Origin: Bugula neritina
Taxonomy: Eukaryota; Animalia; Bryozoa
Assembly: GCA_964035545.1 (NCBI GenBank)
Contig: OZ037768.1
Location: forward strand, 14,083,675-14,147,674
DNA: 64,000 bases
Direction of reading: 5' to 3'
Part shown: positions 31,855 through 41,326 of the stretch, piece by piece
Position numbering within the stretch: position 1 is the first letter of the stretch
Layout of the letters: each line of letters begins with the position of its first letter
Position numbers and translations under genes: made by a program
The notes under the pieces: model-generated
What the model was told of the DNA's origin: nothing
The model's database searches: none
The model's input: only the letters and a program-made list of their open reading frames with translations

Positions 31855-33650
31855 CAGGGATGTAGTGGTACCCATACGGTCCCATACGCCGTATGGCCTA
31901 GAAGAAAATAGACTGTTCTAGGCCATACGCCCGTATAGGCATAATTATTTTTGAAAGATGATTAGTGCACAGGATAGTTTTGGCATCCTCACTGAGAATA
32001 TCATAAATTTCGCTCACAATCTAATTTAAGTTCTTGTTATGTTAATGCTATGTGGGTGGCATGCGTGTTGCCTACTTGTGATTGTTTAGCCTGAGATTAC
32101 ACTATGAATAATATGCAGCTATCAACATTTCATCTTCTTATCTCTACTTGTTCACTGAAGCGCGAAGTGCTGCGCATTGGTGATTGCTAAGGAAAAATCT
32201 TTCATTTTCGGTGTATAAATCACTAACTTGTAGAAAATCTATGAAGGCTATTGAAAAGATCAAAAAATTTGCTATGCATAAATTTCTCAGGTTTCCGACA
32301 GTGTTTGTTCTATTCGAATACCATGCTTTCCTGCTGAGATATTTGGCAGGGATTGAAAAATAAACTTTTCAGGTAAAATTGGCTAAAAATGGGTAGATTT
32401 TTGTCTATAACTTTGCAAAAAATTATTGAAAACTCAAAAAACAGGTGCTCTGAGGAACAAGAAGATCCATGTAAAACATGGTTTTTAAATTTTAATTCTA
32501 GCACAATTAAGTGAAGTTTTATTTGGCGGGACTGAATTTTTATAATATACCAATAATGTGGCCTCAGCAAGGCAGTGACAGCTAAAAGGTTGCCCTTATC
32601 TATCTTGTGTGGACTTGCATTTTGTGAATAAGCAATGGAATTTGGAAAAAACCAACATGAAATCCAGAAATAAAATCAAAATGTCTTTAAGAAACAGTAC
32701 CAGGTGTGTAGGAGAGGGTAATGAAAATTTATCACTGAGGTCTACAGCTACTATATCCACATTTTGGTCAAGAACCTAGCGCTATTGCATGTTAATTATC
32801 AATGCAATAAGGTTTTGCAAACTGTACACCACCATAAGTAACCTTTTATATTTGATTGTACCAACGTCTGGCTTTACATTTAATCATCTTCTAGGTTAAC
32901 ACATATTAAACCTGTCAAATTTGTTCTTTTGGGGTATATTTCCTTGATGTATCCAGTGGAAGCTCAGGGGTTTTATTTCAAAACCAAGTTAACATACTCT
33001 TCTTGGGTGTGCTTTATTGTGTGTAAGGAGGTGTGGCGGTATCACCTTATGGGTTAGACTAGTACTCTAATAAACTCCAAATAGGTTTTCAACCAATTTC
33101 TGCTTGCCAGTGAGTTATCAATTCAAATTGCTCTTTATAAATAACCAACACACATTTTCTAATTAGCAATCTTCCTCTGTTCTGATCTATTATTTTTTTC
33201 TGTGCATGGCAGTGTATTAGTTATTTAAAGTAATCAGGTTGCATTTGGAGAGCACTTGTTACCTGCCTCTATCCTTCCATCTTTTTGAGATATTCAGCAA
33301 TTTTTCTGCACAGGTTGGACTTAGTGTCAGAACAAACCTAACTGCAGCTGAGTAAGACTACATTACATTACATTACAGTCAACAGGTATGAGACAAGACT
33401 GAATATTTATATAGTTTGCAGCAATGCCCAGTCGTCATGTAGCTGGTATGGTATGAAAATAATAGTGAGGTGCACATTTCAACACATATTTTTTTCAGAA
33501 GAATTATAATTCACAATGGCTTTAAATTGCATAAATTTGCATCAGAAGCGCTCTGAGGGCTTCGGCGGCCGGGGCACTGCCCCGGGCCCCGCCGGGGGCC
33601 TGGGCGGCTCCCTGGACCCCCGGCCTGAGAGTATGTTCGCCACTACATCC

Positions 33651-33653
<3 letters not shown>
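31855..33653. mobile_element. Non-autonomous hAT DNA transposon, copy 2, inserted in (TA)n
   Basis: Same 14-bp TIR as 12878-14133. Flanks TATATATA on both sides. Longer 3' half with a GC-rich subterminal block. Confidence 0.9.
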
Positions 33654-33736
<83 letters not shown>

Positions 33737-33786
33737 ATAATATGTATAATATGTATATGTACATGTACATGTATATTTGTATGTGT

Positions 33787-33994
<208 letters not shown>

Positions 33995-34801
33995 GCATAT
34001 ATATGCATATAATATTGTAGTAGTTTTGTGCACTACTAAATTGGGTGTTATTGTGTGCTGGTAATTACTGCATATCCACTGTGAGGTTATATGAAGAACC
34101 AAACTACGAGTAGTTGATCATTTAACAAGAGAATTGTATTGTTAATCAATTACGCGCGATCAAAAATCAGTATAAGTATAAAAGAGAAAAGAGTACATAG
34201 CTGAAACAGTTACATAAAGTTAACCTAGTTATCTACCACTACTGTCCAAGACTGCTGTGAGCGCCGGAAGGTATTGCTTATATATACAGAGTGGATCCTG
34301 ATTGGATGACACAAAATTCCAGCGGTGTTGTCCGTAGTTACTAATAGGGCACCGCCTAAACATGCGGCAAAGGTTTGCAGAGTTGTCGCCCTTGACGTTA
34401 GTTTCACCATAGTCTATAGAGTCATGTTTAGCAGGGGACACTGGGGGGTATACTTCCCCTAACCATTACACCACCCCTCTAGCAGGAAGCCCACTTTCTG
34501 ATATAATCCCAAAAAAAGGTGGAGAAGTATCAGCAACCAGGAAAACCATAAAAAACAGTATTATAAAAATAGTATAAGAACATAATCATAAAAATATATT
34601 TAAAAAAATGTACTGAAAAAATTTGATTGAGATAATTGTGGCACAGCTGCAACCCACATTGTAGTCAACAACGTAGAGTCTGAGACGAGCACTAAGCAAC
34701 TGCTACCGAAAAGTCAGAAAAAAACAAGATGAAATGTTTATATACATATATAATACTAGAAGAGATGTAGCATACCCAGGTGCCAGGTGGGCGACAGGGC
34801 C

Positions 34802-35974
34802 TTACGAGGGCTTGGTTTTGTTCTTCAATCTATGTAAGGACTCCTTCAGGAGGTGCAGCTCATTGGTGGCTGCCAAAACCTGGGGAGTTAGATGATGTAG
34901 CTGGTCCTCCAAGGTGGATAATCTGTTTTCCACCTCGCGGATGGAAGTAGCAGAGGCAAGGGTGGACGTCGAAACAAGGGACGGGAAGTCTCTGCTCTTT
35001 CTCTTCTGGGATGTAGACGACATGGAATCTTGAGAATGGGACCGCTGGGCACGGTCCTGGTGTCTAGCCGGGGTAGCATTGGTGTCAAGCCGCTGCAGCA
35101 TCACTTTTGGAGACTGACGAGGGGGAGGAATCTGGCTGACTTCTTCTTCTTTCTTCTTGTATCGAGGGGGCCTGGGCACCAGTCCTTCTGTGATAGAACG
35201 AGGGGGGGGGGTTGGAAACTTGCGAGATAATCGATTTAGCTTGCTGGGATCTTGCACTAGGGGCCAGATGACGTCAAAGAATGGGGCAAACGTCTGTTTA
35301 TCCACGTCGAAGACATGGCCCTGGACAGATCTCATCGTCCACTGGTGCCGCAGTATGTAGTCATGGTGATAAGTAAACTCACCGCAGCGGCAAATAGTGG
35401 TCACAAAGTGCTGGGGCATGTGCACCTTCAACCTCCGTGGAGTTGTGAATATCTGCTGACACAAGTGACATGTTTAATTATCCAGGTCCCCTCTCACATC
35501 TAGAATCTTCTGCTCGGTAACTGCGGCTGCCCAGCATAGCCGTCGCTGAAGGATGGCTGGCAGCTTCTTTGGAGAAGAGGTGGAGTTGGTAACAGGGGCA
35601 GGAGAGGGTTGCCGCTCTGGTACTGGATCATCATCCCAGACGATGTCTGGCGACGACAGGACACCTGACGAAGCAGGTCGAGTGATATCTAGAAGAGCAG
35701 AATTAGTGTTAGATCGACATGGATCTTTACAATGTAATTCATGTGAAACTTGACTTTAAGTAGCTCGAGAGTCACAAACTCCTCTATACGACACTCGCGA
35801 GACAGATGGCAGCGATGTAGACTGACTGAAAGTCATGGATTCTAGCTCAAGATCTAACAGATCGTCGGCCATTACTATGCTTTCGTCGCCATTCACCGTT
35901 GTCAAAGTTGCCAGCAAGTCTAACTCAAATAAATTAATTGAGTCAGAGTCAGCTGACAATAAACTCATTTCCAT
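34802..35974 (-). CDS. E2 post-integrase accessory region (acidic segment, zinc fingers, PKVML, coiled coil), partly disrupted
   Basis: ORF 35756-35974 (MADDLLDLELE) and ORF 34802-35464 (CQQIFTTPRRLKVHMPQH, CRCGEFTYHHDYILRHQ, SPKVMLQRL, IREVENRLSTLEDQLHHL). Confidence 0.78.
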
Positions 35975-38900
35975 TTTAATAAGAATACTAGATCTAGGTG
36001 GCTTACCTCTAAACTCAGTATTTGGAAGTATACTTGAACGTTATATTCAGCCCGCTGCTCCGCCCTCTCAAAAGTCCCTTTCGCTTTTGGATGCACAACT
36101 CCCACGCTGTTCGCGGCAACTCTCGGTAGAGCCCAGAGCTTGACTTGTTGATCTACCGTTTTGCAGGCAGTCGCAGACGAAATCTTGCAAGTAAGGCGGA
36201 GGTTGCCGCGACCGCTGACTTCTCTCCAGAAACAGCGGGGACTCCTCGGGTAGACTCGCAGGATCCACGGGGGAGCTGCCTGAACAGGGGAGCCATCACT
36301 AGCTTCTGCCTCGCCGTTTAGGGTAGGACCGTTCTCTGAAAGAGGGTCCTGACTTCCTGGCCCGGATTAGGCGCAGAGAGTAGCAAGACTAGAGTGGCTA
36401 CTGGAGGCGACGGTCTTTCCTCCGGAGAAGGAGGTGGTCGCTCGTCTGTCACCACATCCCTGTCCCGCGGCATGACCACTTTATACCCCGGTTTGTGCCG
36501 TATCTGCTCTCGCATCACTGTCTGCCTCCTGGGCTCAAGCAGCAAGAGTGCTGCATCTACCGCATCGAGGTGAGGCAAAATACGGTTTCAAGCGAACCTC
36601 ATTCTGGATAGACACCTGCCCTGAGCTTTGAATCTTGTACGTATGATTGGGCAGAGCCTCAACTACCAGGTTGGGCTCCACGAACTTGGGCTGTAACTTA
36701 GCCGCTTGTCCACGGCACCTGCGATAGTTGGCCATCCAGACCCAGTCCCCCCTGCTAGACGAGAGGCTCATCAGATTCCTCGGTCTGTATCTGCCATTGA
36801 CTCTCTTGAAACATTTTGTGTGTGGCTCTCATGCGCTCTATCAACTCCTCCACATACTCATGTACAGAGTTATCATGGTCAGGAACGCGGCTTCTGTGTA
36901 ACTGAGTAGCCAACAGATAAGCCTCACCCTCCCGCAGTGCGTCTTTGACCATCGCCACTCCCCTCGCCAGAAAGTGCTGATGGAGCCCTAGGTCATTCAC
37001 CAACTGCACAAAAGCGTTGAAGGTGTACCGCTCACGATTAACGGGTGACAGGTCACTATGCGCAATTTGCGCAAACCGTTTAACTGTGGCGGCATGTTTT
37101 TGTAGGAAGATGTGCGGGTCGCGCCGCAACCCTTGTAAGCGGACTCGGGCATCTACAGCCGAGATGCCAAATTGAGCCGTCAGGTCCTAACCCATTGGGT
37201 TTGGCCTTATCTGTCAACGCTAGCTGCAGTTGCAACAGGGCCACACGGGGTAGCCACTGGGTGACGGCTACCACGTCACTAAACTCCTGGATGAATTGTT
37301 CCACATCCTCATTGCCAGTAAAGATGAGAGCTTTCAGACAGTACCTGTAGTCAGGTAGTTCTCTGTGAGCCTCCTTGCCCGGCGGCACTGGGTTTTTAAT
37401 TTGGTTTGCGAACTCACCTTCATCTTGTCACGGAGGTTGCGCAGGTTCTTCTGCCATGGTGGGTACTCCATCGTCGTGCTCTGCCATTATAATCCTTATT
37501 TATTGTCCAGATAGCAGTTGCATTGCACACAATTCTCTCACTGCTGCCACCACTGTTGTAGTTTTGTGCATTACTAAGTTGGGTGTTATTGTGTGCTGAT
37601 AATTACTGCATATCCACTGTGAGGTTATGTGAAGAACCGAACTAGTTGATCAGTTAACAAGAGAACTGCGTTGTTAATCAATTACGCACTATCAAAAATC
37701 AGGTATAAGTATAAGAGAGAAAAGAGTACAATAGCTAAAACAGTTACATAAAGTTAACCTAGTTATCTACTACTACTGTCCATGACTGCTGTGGGCGCTG
37801 AACGGCATTGCTTATATATACAGAGTGGATCCTGATTGGATGACACAAGATTCCGGCGGTGTCATCCATAGTTACTGAGAGGGCACCGCATAGACATGTG
37901 GCAAGAGCTTGCGGAATTGTCGCCCTTGACGTTAGTTTCATTATAATCTATAGAGTCATGTTTAGCAGAGGACACGGGGGTATACTGTTGTAGTTTTATG
38001 AATTACAACTACTTGCGGGTATTATTGCGTGATTGACTACTGCATCATTAGCGAGGTTATAACAGAACCGAGCGTGTGGATTGGAACGATATAATTATAT
38101 TAGTTACAAAAGATACAGAACAAAGAAGTTACATCAGTCAATAAAAGACAAGAGCACAATAATACAAAGGTTACCTATCTAGTTATTAGCGTGGTTCTTA
38201 ACTGCTGTGGGCGACGGCTGGCGCTGTTTATAAGTGTCAGGTCACGTGTTAGATGTCAATACTAAGCCTAGGGCCACACGGTGCGTATTTTCGCATGCGA
38301 AAATTGAAATCACAAGTAGCAAAGGTGTCTACTGTACGCGTTGAGAAAACATTTGCACTTGTCGCTCAGCATTCTCCACGCAAGTGCGAATCGTCTCTGT
38401 TGTCGTCACCTAATTGGCTTGTAGTTATTCAGCGAGCCCAATTTCTTTAGTTTAGTGCTACATTCCAGTAAATTGCGTTTTATTGAAAGCGAGTGCAATT
38501 TAAAAATGAAAGTTTTATTTATCACGCATCACTGACGCTACAGTGTGTGATAGTTTTGTGGGTTGTGAATGAAACTAGTGCTTTACATGCTTGTTATGAG
38601 AAACAAGGCGAGAAATAAGGTAGAAGGTAGATAGCTTTATTGTAGTATAGTCCGAGTGAATCAATGGTCTTTGTCCAGCGAGCTCCAGTAGTAGACTGAA
38701 CTATACTGGAACTCGCTGGCTTTTATATACATGCAGGACAAAGACATTCCTTTGTTTGCCGAGATCGGAGGCCCGAAATACCGAATATCGGCACTTCGGG
38801 AATCCGAAATGCCGAATCCGGCATTTCGGTACTTCGGTATTCCGATATGCCGAGAATCGGCATATCGGTGTTTCGGAGGACCGAAGTACCGATCTCGGCA

Positions 38901-39272
38901 ACAAAGGACACACACACACAACATAAATTTACCACACACACCCCCCATCGGAAAGCATGCTTTCCGATAAAGAGGCGTACGCAACACAAACACACAACAG
39001 GGAATGACACGACAATAAAACACACAGTTGATAAGTAACACACACAAAAAAAACAATACGGTAACATGCAGCGACATTAATAATACAATGATAACAACAA
39101 AAAAAAACAGGGAAAATTGTGCACACACAAAAAAAACAGAGCATGAATAGGTACATACATTTCACGAAGAACTTACACACATATATAAAAAAAACAAAGA
39201 AATAAGATAGGAAAGAAAATACTATACAAATAGTCTCAGCGGCGGTCTCCAGATCGGCCCCGCTTCAGGCGC

Positions 39273-41261
39273 CTAACACGTCTCCAGCTCCTCCTCATAC
39301 CTGCGGAGCTGCCGGCGGAGATGTTGTACCTCCTCTGCTAACTGGGCCGACGTCTGGTGTCTGGAGCGGTCGGTGGCACCATGGGTAGGACGTCGCTGGC
39401 GGTGCGTCTGCTTCTCGCCCGCCGCCGAGGGTCGGGGGCCCAGGTCCGATGAATCGGTCCTGGCGCCTGGTCCGACCCGTGCCAGCATGACCCGAAGTGG
39501 CTGGGTGGCTGCCGGTTGGGGTGTCGCGGCGGGCTCCCCTTCTTCTTCCCGAACAGGCCTACACGCGGGGAATCCCAGGGCGAGAGCAGCCCGTTTATGG
39601 GGATCCGCCACGTGTGGCAGCACCAGGTCCCGAAACTCGGGAAAGGAGGCCTGGTTTACAGCAAACGTGTAGCCTGTGTGGCAGTGAGCTATGCGTTGAT
39701 GTCTCAACACATAGTCTCTCTGGTAGGAGAACTCCCCACACGGGCAAAACACGTTGATGTAGTGCTGTGGGGCGCGTACACGCAACCGCCGTGCAGAGGA
39801 GAACTTCCTCTTACACTCATGGCAGATGCGGTTGCCCGGCTCACCGCAAGCTTCACCAATCTTAAGATTGGTGGGTCCAGTCACCCAATACTGGCGGGCG
39901 ACCAGGGCCCGAGGCAGGGCCAGTATTGGGGAGTTGTCTTCTTCTGCTGGCAGATGGTCGCCGTGTAGGATGCCCTGCTCCTCCCCGGCCGTGAGCTGGA
40001 GCTCGACCGGTTTGGGGTCAGGGCCACTAACGATGGCGGAACACACCTCTGTGGAGGAGGTTGCGGCCTGCTGGCTGGTAGAAGCCGAAGCAAGGGCTGG
40101 TGGGAGAGGGGAGTCGGACCGACTGGCCTCCTCAACGTCCATACGCTCCTCTAGAATAGATAGTAGAGGCTGTGAAAAGCCGGTCTCACTATCGCCGAAA
40201 TTCGGCACAGGTGTGTATGGAGTTAAATTAAAAACCGAGGGCCGAGGTGTATCGCAGAAATTGACTGAGCCTACGTCGTGATTTAACAAAGTATCAATGG
40301 CAGAGTCATCTCCAAGATCCATCTCGGCCTCCGGTTCTAAGAAATCAGAACCAAGTAAGTCTAGTAAAGACCAGTCTACTTTAGTTTGACTAGACTCCGT
40401 AACTGGAGGATCTAATCTAGAAGAAATACCTGATTGCGTGTCTGGTAAAGTAATTCCCATAGCTGCTGATAGCGTTTGGAGAACAGTGTTAAAATCAAAA
40501 TGAGTATTAGAATCAGAATTTAGCTTGAGCTGTAACTGCCGTGCGAGCTGTGTGAAATCAGAATGAGAAATGGCCGAACCTCGTGCTTCAGAAGTTTTAC
40601 CTGCTGAAGCCCGAGTCGCGTGGCTCGTGGGAATTTCCCCCGGATTTCGAAAAGACAACTCGCGTGATCGAGTGTCTTCCGAAATTCGGTCGGCCATTTC
40701 TTCTTTTTGGTGGAATTCTCCGGGGTGATGGAGGGAATTTCCAACCAAGATGGGGTGATAGTCAGTGTGGGGGGGGTCGTCCTCAGGAGGGGGCCACTCC
40801 AGGTGCCCTACAGCATAGTCTGCCAGGTACCTGGGAGGTCTTCTTGGCCGCTGGCTCCTCTCGAGTGGAACAGGCACTGGTGGTGTTGGTGGCTCCTGGG
40901 CTGCCCTAGTAGGGGGGTCCCCGTCTTCACCCCGTACGGGGGTGGGGGTGTCCTCCCCCGAAAAGGGTTGTGATCCAAGGGCTTGCCGCTGTTCCTGTTC
41001 CCGCTCCGCTCTCTGCTGCCGCTCCAGCTGCTCTATCAAGTCGGCCTGCTCCTGGTCCGTCTCCCTGGGGACCATAATCTCCACCTCTCGGGGCTGGGTG
41101 GCCCGTCCTCGACGGTTGGGCTGACGGTGGGGCTCCAGGAGGGGTGGAGCCTGACCCACCGCGTCTGGGCTGGCATGGTAAGGTTTGAGGCGCTGCTCGC
41201 TCTGGACAGAGATCTGTCCAGAGCGCTCCACACGGTACGTGTGGTTGGGCAGCACCTCCAC
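39273..41261 (-). CDS. E3 integrase C-terminus fused in frame to a ~500-aa zinc-finger / coiled-coil accessory extension
   Basis: 662 open codons. They run from the GPY/F module (VEVLPNHTYRVERSG) through ERSQRPRRPPRYLADY, LLDLLGSDFLEPEAEMDLGDD, CHECKRKFSSARRLRVRAPQH, CPCGEFSYQRDYVLRHQRIAH and PLRVMLARV to LAEEVQHLRRQLRRYEEEL. Confidence 0.88.
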   Translation of the reverse strand: MEVLPNHTYRVERSGQISVQSEQRLKPYHASPDAVGQAPPLLEPHRQPNRRGRATQPREVEIMVPRETDQEQADLIEQLERQQRAEREQEQRQALGSQPFSGEDTPTPVRGEDGDPPTRAAQEPPTPPVPVPLERSQRPRRPPRYLADYAVGHLEWPPPEDDPPHTDYHPILVGNSLHHPGEFHQKEEMADRISEDTRSRELSFRNPGEIPTSHATRASAGKTSEARGSAISHSDFTQLARQLQLKLNSDSNTHFDFNTVLQTLSAAMGITLPDTQSGISSRLDPPVTESSQTKVDWSLLDLLGSDFLEPEAEMDLGDDSAIDTLLNHDVGSVNFCDTPRPSVFNLTPYTPVPNFGDSETGFSQPLLSILEERMDVEEASRSDSPLPPALASASTSQQAATSSTEVCSAIVSGPDPKPVELQLTAGEEQGILHGDHLPAEEDNSPILALPRALVARQYWVTGPTNLKIGEACGEPGNRICHECKRKFSSARRLRVRAPQHYINVFCPCGEFSYQRDYVLRHQRIAHCHTGYTFAVNQASFPEFRDLVLPHVADPHKRAALALGFPACRPVREEEGEPAATPQPAATQPLRVMLARVGPGARTDSSDLGPRPSAAGEKQTHRQRRPTHGATDRSRHQTSAQLAEEVQHLRRQLRRYEEELETC

Positions 41262-41326
41262 TACACAGTAGGGGCCGACGAACTTGGGCTGAAGCTTAGC
41301 CGACGTCGCCTACGGTAGCTCACCAT

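Noticed and set aside
39273-40700. Post-integrase region as an env gene
   Set aside because: No signal peptide, fusion peptide or transmembrane helix. It has zinc fingers and basic patches typical of a nuclear protein.
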